Below the pieces are notes generated by a model. The model was not told where the DNA came from. It saw only the letters and a list, made by a program, of their open reading frames with translations, and did not search any database. 64,000 nt of DNA from Paraphysomonas bandaiensis. Its lineage: Eukaryota; Protista; Chrysophyceae. The position numbers and the translations under genes were made by a program. Location: assembly GCA_965644295.1 (NCBI GenBank), contig CBFFRP010000377.1, positions 1 to 64,000 on the forward strand, read 5' to 3'. Positions 36,842 through 49,500 of this stretch are shown here, in pieces (position 1 is the stretch's first letter; each line of letters opens with the position of its first letter).

Positions 36842-38257
36842 ATGACAGATAGTGCGCACCACCCTGATCCTACCCTGACAAGAGTAGTCCTATCTGATGA
36901 TGTGGCTCACACGTGTCTCACGCATGCTCTAACTACAGAGCATCAGGAGATCGTCGGGCTGTTGGTCGGATACAGGAGAGAGCATGAGGTTATTATATGT
37001 AGTTCATTGGTGTTATCTCGGGAGGATAGACAGAAGGATAGGGTCGAGGTCGGGTATGAGCATCTGGCATCAGCGAGCACTACAGCTGAGAGGATATCTG
37101 AGTTGGATGGGTTCGAGCAGCATATAGTGGGATGGTATCACAGGTACGGCCTTCATCACTTTACGTATTGTACTAATAATGCGTTCAGTCACCCTCATAT
37201 TACTGTGTTTCCCTCGCACGTGGACGTGAAAACACAAGCCAACTATCAACAGCTGGACACTGGGTTTGTTGGACTTATATTCTCTGTGTTCGATAGGGGA
37301 CACCTAGATATATGCGCTTTTCAGAGTAAATACGGAAGAAGTCCGGATGGGGCATATGAACTTGTAGCAGAGGAGGTTCCAATCGCAGTATCACCAGCGG
37401 CAGAAGTAGGATCTATTCTTTCAACGCCGTCCAAGTTTAGTTCCACTGGTGGTCTTCTAATGCTCCAGCATGTACTGCTGAATGAGGAGAAGGATGCGTT
37501 TTTGTCTAGCACACACAATCTAGTGCAAATAAAAGAGCCTTTAACAGCTTCTGGTGCGTTAGAACTCTCTCGAAAGGAGGGTGTTTATAGAAATTCGTTG
37601 CTGCGACTTATGGATATTCAACTAATTCCGGTACTGTCCTCTATTCGAAGTCGTTACCAGTCATTAGCATTGGAGAGAAACAAACTCTTGGGTGTCCATG
37701 CTGCACATATCCCTGAGCACACCTCTTGTGACCAATCTAGCACCTCTGTGGGTACCGGGTTAGAGGGTATTTTGCATATGCTGGCACCTCACTGTGGCCC
37801 GGAATCCATTGCCGTTAAACACGCCTTCAGTGGAGTGTTCGCCACTGTGACTGGGGTTCCTGTACAATCCTTGAGTTCTGGACCACACATTGTAAAGGTG
37901 CAACAGGCGAACAATTATAGCTGCTGCGGTGGTGTCGCATGGCCATGGTTACTTTGTATAGGTGACAGTTCTGAATGCTGTTTTCCTTTGCTATCCATTG
38001 TAAAAAACGTAGGCGTTATGTGTGACAATTGTGTTGTTGAATGCGAAGTGGCCATAAATTGTTCTGATGACACTGGGGTGAGCAGTACGATTCTACTGAG
38101 TATTGTCGGGAGTAAAAATGCTCATGATCAAGGCACGAACGCACACTTTAAACATGATGAAGACAATGTAACAATTGCGAAGTGTTTGCGTGAAAATCTT
38201 TCGCAAGCTCTGGGGCTTGATGCCCTAGCGATGTTATTTTCTTTATCTTCAAAGTAG
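36842..38257 (+). CDS. BRCC3: BRCC36-like JAMM/MPN+ deubiquitinase
   Basis: CLTHALTTEHQEIVGLLVG, DRVE, VGWYH|SHPHITVFPSHVD after removing the 45-nt intron 37144-37188. Confidence 0.85.
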   Translation: MTDSAHHPDPTLTRVVLSDDVAHTCLTHALTTEHQEIVGLLVGYRREHEVIICSSLVLSREDRQKDRVEVGYEHLASASTTAERISELDGFEQHIVGWYHRYGLHHFTYCTNNAFSHPHITVFPSHVDVKTQANYQQLDTGFVGLIFSVFDRGHLDICAFQSKYGRSPDGAYELVAEEVPIAVSPAAEVGSILSTPSKFSSTGGLLMLQHVLLNEEKDAFLSSTHNLVQIKEPLTASGALELSRKEGVYRNSLLRLMDIQLIPVLSSIRSRYQSLALERNKLLGVHAAHIPEHTSCDQSSTSVGTGLEGILHMLAPHCGPESIAVKHAFSGVFATVTGVPVQSLSSGPHIVKVQQANNYSCCGGVAWPWLLCIGDSSECCFPLLSIVKNVGVMCDNCVVECEVAINCSDDTGVSSTILLSIVGSKNAHDQGTNAHFKHDEDNVTIAKCLRENLSQALGLDALAMLFSLSSK

Positions 38258-38474
38258 TCCAATTTGTAAAAGAAATAGATTTGTTTTGTCCATTTAGTTT
38301 AGTGAATGTATAATTTAACGTCATAATGTTTGGAGTATATGCGACGAGCTAGAGAAGTAGTGGAATACAAGAGCTGTATTTAATCAGCGTCCACCGTTGC
38401 TATTTTATCGCAAATATATACAAAATAACAGTCAATCAGACATATAATTGCAATTTACTCCATATGGGGCCGCC

Positions 38475-38640
38475 GATTGTTATTCTCAAAGCATAGCATG
38501 GTTGAATGTTGAATGCTATCCGAAATTTTTTATTGGTAACTAACTACTTTCATGTTGTGTGTATAACTCTGACATCCTACTATTAGGCGCTATGAAAGCT
38601 CCTTGTGTGTCACCGCAAGCTCCAAGTTGAAACCACTTTT
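38475..38640 (-). mobile_element. Degenerate copy of retroposon family A
   Basis: AACTCTGACATCCTACTATTAGGCGCTATGAAAGCT..CACCGCAAGCTCCAAG matches the 48735-48795 copy. Confidence 0.55.
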
Positions 38641-39071
38641 GTACTCTGTATTTAAGGCAGGGCCTGGTAACCATTAATGGTAGTTATTATAATTGTATTA
38701 CTATTATGGTAATGTTGTAGCACTAAGTTTGCCGCTGATAATGAATAAAAAGTTGTCACAAAGTAGCTGTAAAGTTGAATGAACATTATTTAACATTGTC
38801 TAAAGTTTATTCCGAGTACAGAGGAGATACTATATCTTATATATAGCATACATATATCAAGTACCAGTACATACATGCATACATGCCATTAATGGTAGTC
38901 CAGTTCCCGGAAATTATAATGGCATTAATGGAAAATGTCCCGTTAATTATAATGGCTTTATTGAAAAATTTCCCGGTAATTATAATAGCATTATTATTAA
39001 CGGTTACAAGGCCTGCTATACATTGTATTTCTTGTGTTGGCAGCATTATAGCCCTCCGTGTACTCTTCTAG

Positions 39072-39568
39072 GTCTGCATTCCACTTCAAAATCGGACACT
39101 CCAGTCCCACTGAATAGGACATCTCTTAGTGGAATAAATATTCCTCACCCACCCCCTCCCCTCCACCAGGATGGTGTCGTTAAAGAGTTGATGCAGCAAC
39201 TGAAAGAGTCCCAGGCTATGAATAAGGAGATGAGAGACGAGATGATGAAGCAGATCGTATCAAACAAAGAAGTGGCTCCCTCACCTGTACAGCAGGACCC
39301 TCCTGCTCAGCCTGCTTCTATTGTTGGTGCTTCCGAACCTCCTGTACCTCCTACCATCCCCGTCGTGCCATGCACTACTTCTCTTGGCGCATGTGGCGTT
39401 ACTGGGGGGCCACTTGTACCTCACGCTGTTCGTTTTGGCAATGATCATAATTCTTATATGTTTATGTCAGCAATTCAAGATCAAAGCGAACGACTGCATC
39501 GACTGCATGATGCTGAGAAGAAGAATGTCTTGTATGAGAACTTAGTGTTGCAGAATTATTTCAAATGA
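39072..39568 (+). other. Orphan terminal exon / ORF fragment (Pro-rich, short coiled coils)
   Basis: Coding-like stretch after a cttctag acceptor, with no identifiable 5' exons. Confidence 0.4.
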
Positions 39569-39838
39569 TATATCTTTTTTGATGAATCGTAATTAATTTA
39601 TGAATATTGTCTGCAATTTATTACTTCATAGTATGTGTTGTCTGTGTATAGTATATAGTAGTTACTTTGATGTGAGATATTACAGTAGATTTATATATGA
39701 AAAGTAACAATATATATGAAACAATATTTTAGTAAAATATTTTAAAAATATATATAATTGAAAATATACAACAACTATATTGTAATTAACATTAACCCTA
39801 GTCTTCAAATAAGTACTTATATGCCACTTTTCCATATA

Positions 39839-39871
39839 TGAAACCTGGTAAAATCGCTTTACCAGGTTTCA
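39839..39871. other. Perfect 14-bp hairpin
   Basis: TGAAACCTGGTAAA-ATCGC-TTTACCAGGTTTCA. Confidence 0.85.
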
Positions 39872-40151
39872 CGATCACATCGACTTATTAGCAGTTACCA
39901 GCATATTTACTGGTCAACTTTGCGACTAGGTCGTCATGTTTACATAGGATATTCGGATATTCTAGGTTATTGCGTTAAAAATGAGTTAGTAATAGTTTTT
40001 TCGTTGACGAAGAGTGAGTGATAATCACATATACAAAGTTTCAGAAAGCAACATAATTAGTAGTTAAACTTAGTAAGAAAGCTTAGATTAACACTTTAAG
40101 AAGAAAATTATATATTATAAGAGATATCATACATCCTTCATTGTCATTCAC

Positions 40152-40226
40152 ATATATTGAAGGTCTTATTATTTAGCAATAGTCGTTAAAAACTCGTTTC
40201 GATACAGTGGCTAGTTGAATGCTAGA
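40152..40226 (-). mobile_element. 5'-truncated retroposon copy, family A (8-bp TSD)
   Basis: TCATTCAC at 40144-40151 and 40227-40234. Confidence 0.7.
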
Positions 40227-40523
40227 TCATTCACCAACTCGGTTTAGCTCTACTACACCAATCATTTCTAGTACGATCTTACATGGTCACTATCTTGTAC
40301 AGTCAATATATTTCAGTTCAGTACTATAATAGCTATCACATCATTGGCACTCCTAATACGGTTAGGTACTACTGTATTCTTTGAGTAACGGTTGTAATTC
40401 AATATCTTAGAAACTACAGCTCACAAACAGCAAAACTCAACACAAAGCACAGAGACATAAGATCAAACAGTCAGAGGATAAAGAATTGCGGACCAAAAGT
40501 GACAACGTACAAACTCTTATGTG

Positions 40524-42155
40524 TTATTTATTATTTTCACACTCTTTGGAGAGAACATCATCTAGCACACCACTGATTCTTTTAGGGTCAACTTGCCCTT
40601 TCCCAAGTTTCATAACTTCTCCGAAAAAAAATTTCTTCATATTCATGTTTCCAGCCATATATTTTTTTAACACTTTCTCATTTTTTGGGTCGCGAATCGA
40701 TTTGAGAGCTATATCGCGAATAATTTCATCATTTGAGACCATTTTCCAGCCGTTTCTTTCTACAATTTCCTTGGGATCAATTCCGGCACAAGCAGGATCG
40801 AATAACGCTTTTAACAACGTCTTCGCTTGTGGTCCCGATATGTCCCCACTGGAATTTAAATTTATCACACCAAGTAGTTGCTTAGGCCCAACCGGAGAAG
40901 TGTCAAACGAGGTATATGACGCATTTAGATTTGCCATAAGGTCTCCAAACATCCAATTGAACACAATTTTAGAAGCCACAACTGGGCTCTCCATTTGCTG
41001 ATCACTTTCTGCATAAAGGGCTAATGTGTCTTCGAAGAAGCGCGTTGCCTGGTGCGTTATGAGTTTCTCCACTTGCTTCGAATCTAATCCATATACAGCC
41101 TGTAGTCGTGCAGCAGTAGCTTCCGGAAACTCAACAGAGGAGGACGCCCAGTCCTCAGCTGCGGCAGCGATATCTGACTCCGAGAGAAGCAGTGGCGGCA
41201 AATCAGGGTCCGGGAACACCCGGTAGTCAACAGCTGTTTCCTTTGATCGCAGCCGACGGGTAGTATTGGTACCAGCATCATAAGCTCTTGTCTCTCGTTC
41301 AACTTGCCCTCCGCCTTCAAGTATTGATATGTGCCGCGACACTTCGTACTCTGCTGCAGCGGCCACCATACTAATACTATTTACGTTCTTCACTTCAACC
41401 CGGTTACCCACTATTCGACTACCACTTTGTGTGCGAGCGGAACTCTCCGGCTCAGCAACGGACACGTTCACATCGCAGCGCATTGATCCATCCTGCATAT
41501 TGCCATCGCATACCTTAACGTGGCGAAGCAACCTCTGAACGGCACGAAGAGCACTGGCAGCCTCATCCGGAGAACGTAAGTCAGGTGCGAAAACAATCTC
41601 CAATAGTCCAGTTCCCGCGCGGTTCAGATCAACCAAAGTGTATTTCTTGTGCAAATTGTGCAAGCTCTTACCCGAATCTTGTTCAAGCTGTAGTCTTGTA
41701 ATTCCAACAGATGATTTATACAGAAACTTTCCAGACTTCGAAACGTCGAAATCTAATCGTCCGGACTCTGCCATTGGGCACGCTTGCTGAGTTATTTGAT
41801 AACCAAGTGGAAGATCTTGATAGAAATAATGTTTGCGCTCAAAATATGATCTCCGATTAATGCTGCAGTGGAGAGCAGTAGCGGCCCTCAAGGCCTGATT
41901 GACAGCTCCTCTGTTGAGACGAGGAAGAGTGCCGGGAACTAAAACACACCTTACATCAGTACATGATTACATATAATGAATGGACGAACCAGCAGCATCA
42001 AAGAGAGAGACGCATGTGTTGGGAGCGGAGAGCATACTGGACACAGAAGACACTGAGAACAACTTCGAGGCTGTCGTTATCTGCGCATGAATCTCTAATC
42101 CAATACGAACTTCCCATGCGAAAGACTTCGCTACGGAAGACGCTGTCGCACTCAT
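40524..42155 (-). CDS. GATB: Glu/Asp-tRNA amidotransferase subunit B (organellar), one intron ~41939-41981
   Basis: IGLEIHAQI, PGTLP, FERKHYFYQDLPLGYQITQ, LEQDSGKS, DLNRAG, GSMRCDVNVS, VEVKN, DYRVFPDPDLP. Confidence 0.95.
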
Positions 42156-42203
42156 ATCGGCCTATCCAATACTATAATCCTCAAAACCATGATACCTCAG
42201 ACA

Positions 42204-42657
42204 ACATACATACATACATACATACATACATACATACATACATACATACATACATACATACATACATACATACATACATACATACATACATACATACATA
42301 CATACATACATACATACATACATACATACATACATACATACATACATACATACATACATACATACATACATACATACATACATACATACATACATACATA
42401 CATACATACATACATACATACATACATACATACATACATACATACATACATACATACATACATACATACATACATACATACATACATACATACATACATA
42501 CATACATACATACATACATACATACATACATACATACATACATACATACATACATACATACATACATACATACATACATACATACATACATACATACATA
42601 CATACATACATACATACATACATACATACATACATACATACATACATACATACATAC
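42204..42657. repeat. (CATA)n microsatellite, ~113 units
   Basis: Uninterrupted 454-bp tetranucleotide tract. Confidence 0.98.
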
Positions 42658-42816
42658 GTATACCTATAAGAAACGGCCGTTAGTGGTGTGTTGGAGTGAG
42701 GACATGTAAGAGTGGGTCTCATTAAGAGGACTGCAAAACTGTATCAGTCCAAACACTTCCATCTTCTTCATATTGTGCTGGCTGTTAATTAGATGCGATA
42801 ATCTCCATCTACTCTG

Positions 42817-45153
42817 ATGGAGAAGAGTCAGAGCCTTCACGACGAAATATTTGACGATTTAAGAAACAAATCTGTCGACCCATTCGAGAGGTCTCTTCGA
42901 CCTGAAGAAGACAGTCTTTTCGAAAATGCGAAAGCAAGTGCTCCTGATCTTACAAAGGGGAGAATAACACTCACCTATTGGCGTAATTTTAGTAAAAACA
43001 GGAGATATTTAGAGGCTAAATCTGAGAAAGCTAAAAACGCTACAGATTCCTCCAAATCTCTAAGTCGCTGTGGAAAAATCCGTTCGAAAAACAAAACCAT
43101 TGTTCAACAGGATGTTAGACAACCGAATAGTTTAATTTCTTACAGCTTTGCTCCTCAACCATCTGGTTGTGCGAAGTTTGATGGGCACATTATCGGTCAT
43201 ATAAACAGGGTCGATACTCTTATGCGTGATAAAGGCGAACGTAATTTTATGCCTCCAAAATCAGAATCAGGAGATAAATCCTATAGTTGTCCATCTTATC
43301 ATCCCGGAGATATTGGTTGCAGTGTTCGCGGTGGTACAATGAGTCAGGGCAGTGCGAGGGAGAAACTTAAGGAGGCACTTACGCAAAATACAGCGTTCCC
43401 TAGCGTTTGGGAACTAGATGGCGGCAATAGGTACATAAACGAAACTGAATTTGACTAGGTATGCTAACTGTTAAATTGTCAGGCATATTCCTGGTGGATC
43501 TCTTCCTACGTCTCTCCGTTTCCCGCCTGTATCAACTTCCAGTGGTATGCTTCCTATAATAGTATCTCCGTAGTAAAATAATTGATTTCTCCTAGGTGAC
43601 AGGGTGATAGATACGTTGACACTGGATCGCACTTCGAATTTTAAGGGAAGGTTTTCTTCGTCTGAGCGGTTCCGATTATCCACTCATGATGCTGATGCTG
43701 CGCCTAGCGCGGGGTCTTACAATGTACGATGATGATCATATTCTCAAACTTCGCTGATATCAACATTTTACTATGCAGATACGACGTCTTTTTGATGGGT
43801 CAGAAAAGTTGAGTCCTGAGAAGGCACGACTACTGGTACAGAAGTTTAACAGTGAAGGGGGCATCAAGTACTGTTATCAACTCCGTTTGTGACTCGTTTG
43901 TATTTACTGTTGTATGGCTGCATAGGCGCCACACCTGTCCGGAGCTTGTATCAGATGCAGTGTTCGGATACGGATGCAGCTTTGAAGAGCATATCAGATA
44001 TGGTGTCTGCCTTGATGGACGTTGTGTTCGCAGGTCCATGTGGGAGGAGGTATACGATACAAAACTCTGCAGCTATATCTAATATGTATGAGTAGGTCAT
44101 GCTTTTGAGTAACGATGAGAATCGTCTTCGTGGGGTTTCTAAGGTTAACAGAATTAGGTATTGTTTTGTGTGTAATATTTATGCACTACTTTCAGATTAT
44201 AAGTCGAAGTGAGGCTCACCAAATCAGAGAGGATGCTGACTTTTCTCCGTTGAAGACGGCTGCTCTAAGCGGAGATATCGAAACTATTGTAAAGTATGAA
44301 CATCGTAAGCATTCTTGTACATATGTTATTTTTACTTTTAGACTTTGTACTATTGGAGGTGCGCATACTATAAATGAGGTGGACAGGTAAATTACTGTGC
44401 TGTATTGGTATATGCTTCTTACTTGCTAGCAGAGAGAATAGACAATCTGTATTGCATCACTGCGTTACTCGAAACTTCCTACACTTGGTTAATTATTTAA
44501 CCGGTGGTTCAAATACCTGGAATGAGGACAATAAGCTCGCTATATCTTGTCGTAATCTTTTTAATGGGGTTATTGACATGAATATTCATGATAGTAACGG
44601 TGACACCCCTCTTCACTTAGCCAGCCGGTATGTTTTTATATGCATACTATTTCCATTAACATTGCGGCTGTAGATTTGGGTATCACGATATTACTGAAGC
44701 GCTTTGCGATGCTGGGTCATCTCCAACGAGTCTAAATAACAGAGGTAAATGATATATTTCTAATTTGACTGTCTCGTGACACTATGCCTAGGTGAAACTC
44801 CCTTTGATGTCGCTAAAACGCAAAGAGTATATCAAATAATAAAAATGAATGCTTCTTTGCATGCTGCCAGAGAAGAGTTGGCTGATATTGTGGAAAAACG
44901 TAGTGAGGTCGAATTACGTATAAAGTCGCGACGAAGTAAAACAGGATTAGTTTCTAACCCATTGAATACTGCTTCAGAAGATATGAAACCCGAAGAGGAT
45001 GATATAGAACTAGATGAACAGAATTCAGTTGCTTGCGATGAAAGTGGTGCTAAACAATCGAAAAGCCACACGCCTCGCAAGAAACCTCATTCATATATTG
45101 TTGGGCATCTCCCTGAACCTGCTGTTAGACGTAAACAGGGTTCCACGTTTTAG
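42817..45153 (+). CDS. Multi-exon protein with C-terminal ankyrin repeats (exon joining uncertain)
   Basis: PLKTAALSGD, SVLHHCV, NGDTPLHLASR, GETPFDVAK; upstream exons include a PSAGSYN motif. Confidence 0.6.
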
Positions 45154-45889
45154 TGTAGTTTTTCTATTACTGGTTGCACATTGTATGTTCAGAGAAGAAA
45201 GCCGTTATTAGCAATTAATGCGCTTTGTATATATATTTTTAATAAATCTGAAACTTTTATTTTCATGAGTCTTTTCTGACTTACTCACTCAACTCTTCGG
45301 GTTCGACTCACTCATATCTAATATCTACGATTACTGAAAATCTGAAAATCAATTAATTGTTACGTTGCCGTTATACCTGATACTAATTACCAAACTACCT
45401 TTCGTTGTCAGGATGATAAGGCTCAAAATTTTATATGAATCTTAACCTTGTTATCCATTTTGAAATACTTTACTTTCATTTTGACTGATCCCAACGTTAG
45501 AAAGATGAGCACAACAACCAACATAGAATGAATTGGATCTGGTGTCTTTATTCCCGAGGGCGCCATTAAGTGAAGTGGCTGTGAGAATAAATATATGCTA
45601 ATCATATTTAATAACTAGAAACGTTGCCTATGTCTTTTTTTTCACGCTAGGTAAGCCGCACTATATCTGCTAAATACTTGCATGATACAAACATGAGTTT
45701 AAAATTTAAAACAAGCGTATTTTGAGAGGGGTAGGTGTTTCACACTCGAGTAAAACTTGTATACGTAACTATACTTTTATAATTATTACATTTCATTAAA
45801 AATTGACATCACACAAGAATTAGTGAAGATATAACAACACGGACGTGTCGAAAAGGGGCTCCCTTGATGGGCCGCAAGCTTAATCACTA

Positions 45890-46357
45890 TCACCTTTTGG
45901 AGGTTCCCAGAACCGAAACTTTGAACACAGATACACAGTCAGCCCAACCAGATAATATCTACAGTTAACATTAATTGCAAGGTAGAGAGCGAACATAATA
46001 AAATACCTTAATTCTCAAGTATTGTGCAGTAACTCTAGGAGGAGCTTGAAGTGATATTCTCTGTACTTCGCTATCTGACTCTGCGGACTCCACAGTGGTA
46101 ATCGGTTCCCATGTATTAGCTTGTGGACCTTCGCACTTTCCCAGTTCTACCTTACGTATTCCACACGATACCAATTCCACGCCTTTGATAACACTGGGCT
46201 CTCCAAGTTGTATAACTATCTCTTGAGGAAAACAACCAGTCGTCAACCAAAAGGTGCTATACTCCCCATCAATTATTGCAGATGGAGGATACTTAAGGTC
46301 GAATGATGACGAACTTATAACAGATGCTCCTGAGAACTCATTGGCCAGCTCCGTCAT
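45890..46357 (-). CDS. IFT25: Intraflagellar transport protein 25
   Basis: PPSAIIDG..TFWLTTGCFPQE..YLRIK|ILSGW. Confidence 0.9.
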
Positions 46358-46879
46358 AATAATAATCTAACAGATGTATAACGAACAGTGCACTAACAGG
46401 ACGACTATTGGTTAATTCCGAGAGCAAAGATCAATCGCGACGGTTTGAATAATGCCGATGTACAACCTCCTAGTAGATACTGGACACCAGTCTCATATGT
46501 GTGTGGATGTTTGATATTTCTGGTCGGATATCTCCATATACAGCAGTGCGCTATGTGTGTGTACTGCACTGTACAGTACTGTATATGTATATGTATGATA
46601 TGTATGTGCGCACAAGAGCACACGAGTGATGTCTTGCACCTGAAACTGAAAACTCTACAGCAGTATACAGCTGTACTCAGCAGTAGTGTGGAGTGTGTCG
46701 GCATAGACGGCACACACACACACAGTGACCACAGCTCTGTTCAGTGTATCATGCACACACATATATACACATACACATCAGCCACTCTATCCTCATCTGT
46801 TAGTTGCCTGGTGAACAGTGCAGCTTACTTGTCATTTCCATTAATCAAAGCACAATCACAGGAGGGTAGTGATAGAGCA

Positions 46880-47328
46880 ATGACCGCTAAGAGTGAGTGT
46901 TATCATGCTGCATGACTCGTAATACATTAACATACATACATATATATCAGCTGTTGGAGTGCCGATCAAACTGCTTCATGAGGCCGAAGGACATGTCGTT
47001 ACTGTAGAGCTCAAGAGTGGTGAAACTTACAGAGGAATGTTGGAGGAGTCGGAGGACACGATGAACTGTAGATTGACTGAAGGTGAGCCACACTATCACT
47101 GTGACGCGACTGTTTATAATATCATACACAGTGACAATGACAGCAAAGAATGGCCGAATCTCTCGGCTGGAACAGGTGTTTCTTAGGGGGGGTCACATTA
47201 AATTTATAGTCGTACCAGAGCTGCTAAAGAGTGCGCCCATATTTAAGAAAGTTCAGGCTATGAGAGCAAAGACTGTAGGGGATGGCGGGCCGTCGACGGC
47301 AGGGCGAGGAAAAGGAAAGAAGAAATAA
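46880..47328 (+). CDS. SNRPD3: Small nuclear ribonucleoprotein Sm D3 (3 exons)
   Basis: [49 protein letters not shown]. Confidence 0.95.
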
Positions 47329-47653
47329 GTGTAGTATTAAATATTAACATGGATGAAAGTGTGTTTCAGTTATGTAGACAAAACGTTGCTGTATCAGAGT
47401 TTCATAGCTGCACGGTAATGAAGTATAAGTTCGCGAAATTTCTCACATCTTTATTGCTACTTATCTTACGAAAGTTAATTGCATATTAAAAAATAAGTTT
47501 TCACGGAGCACGTTGATTCAATCAAACTGGTAAGAAAAATTCGTAAAACAAGGGTGATATATAAACTTTTGTGATTACGTACTACGGTTCGTACAAATAC
47601 AATGGTGCAGGGCTGGTGTAACGCGGAACTCAATGAGGAGACCAATATGACAT

Positions 47654-48152
47654 ATATTGAAAGTCTTATTATTAGCAATAGACGTTAAGAATCAGCACCT
47701 GTATAGTTGCTAGAAGAAAACTAGTCAAGCTAGATAGACGTCTACCTGTAACTAACTAGTACAAACTCTATTATCCTACTATTTAACTCTACGGAGGCTG
47801 CTTGTGCGTCGCCACAAGCACCAAGGTGCGACCACCTCCGCTCTATCGCTCAAAGCAAACGCCGTGAGTAAGGAGAATGTTGGTATACCTAACATCTGCT
47901 GACTTCAGGATTCTTGGGTCTTTAAGGTGAACATCTCGGACGCTTGACGTCAGCAGGCAGCCCAAAACCGTGGTTACCCTTTAGGTGGGCCCATTTCCGG
48001 ATGCCTATTTATTCGTCAAGGCCCAAGACGTCTACACAAATGACACTTATTGATGGCCCTTTTACCACATAAGCACTCGGCTATGTTTGCGGCTCACGTT
48101 AGTTTCCCCCAGAACACCACGAAAAGGTGCGAATCCAACTTTGTCGAGGGAT
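47654..48152 (-). mobile_element. Longest copy of retroposon family A (11-bp TSD)
   Basis: CAATATGACAT at 47643-47653 and 48153-48163. Confidence 0.8.
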
Positions 48153-48653
48153 CAATATGACATTACACCTTCTCATGGTGCATTAAGAAGAGTATTTACG
48201 GTATTCAGCAAACATGTCACAATTATTGAGCCTTGTTGAGCAAACACAGAGTAGTGAATATTCAATATTATTGGAATATTAGTAGCTACATCGTGCTCTT
48301 ATCTGATTCAATTAGAATTAACCTATGCCAAAAACAAATTGCAGCAACTTTTCAGCACTATCCAATATATCGTAGAGATCTTCCTGTACTATTATCCTAT
48401 ATGGGTTTTATACTATTATCAGCAAGTTACACAATTCTACATACATTTCGATACTTAACAGACACAATATTGTATACACAATTATGTATTTTTGCAAAAC
48501 CAGCATAATTTTACTTTACTTTATAGATACCACTGATAAACTTCCTTATCTTAAATCGTAGAGGGAATTATTATAAAAGTGAGGTGAGAATGGAGGATGA
48601 AAAGAAACACGTGTTCATCGCATCGTGTACCATGCTTTCGTTTCACAGTTATA

Positions 48654-48881
48654 TAGAAGTGATTGTCTTATTATTAGCAACAGGTGTGTAAGAGCCAGAA
48701 CTAATTTAGCAATGCAATTTAACTAACTAGTGCTTAACTCTGATATCCTACTATTTAGCGCTACGAAAGCTTCTCGTGCATCACCGCAAGCCCCAAGATG
48801 CAACCACGTTCGCTCTATCACTCAAAGAAAACGCAGTGAGCAAGCAGTATGTTGATATACCTATATACCTGACATCTGCTG
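48654..48881 (-). mobile_element. Retroposon family A copy (11-bp TSD)
   Basis: TCACAGTTATA at 48643-48653 and 48882-48892. Confidence 0.75.
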
Positions 48882-49500
48882 TCACAGTTATAAGTTATAT
48901 AGCTATAAAGTACTACGTATTAATGTTTTTCACATTGTCTTTAGCAAATAATACAGTTCTATATTTGGAGAACATACTTATTACAACAGGGCAATTACAC
49001 CCCAATTAAGTCTCGTTTTAAATCATCTATCTCTCCAGTTAATTATCTAGAGTTCTCTGTTACAGAGATACTAACAACTAGTTCCGCTCATATTATTATT
49101 ACTTAAAAGTGATAAATTACATCGCATTACTTTGTAGCTTAAGAACAAAAAAACAACTAAGATTTATGACTAGTCTTATAGCGTTTTATGAAAGATATAC
49201 GTCGTTTTATTTAGAAGGTAAAGAGTGATTATAATAAACATCACATCATGGGCAATAGAGCGTAATAGTATAATAGCAAGACATGGTTGAATAGAGCATT
49301 AGAACCATTCATACATTAGCGTATCTTGTACATTGTACAGTCGCGTATCTTATATATAGGCAATTGGCATTTCATTGTATTATCTTGTTGCATTCATGCG
49401 TTAAGAGATATACGTGAATCAATGAATCTTAATATTATCCAATATATATGCACTTGAAATAAACGTAATTCTGTACAATAAGTGGAGTGGTCTAGGTATA

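Noticed and set aside
41963-42722. ORFs of YIHT/MYVC repeats
   Set aside because: Translations of the (CATA)n microsatellite.
45295-45315. GGTTCGACTC B-box-like motif
   Set aside because: No cloverleaf or A-box visible, so not called as tRNA or SINE.
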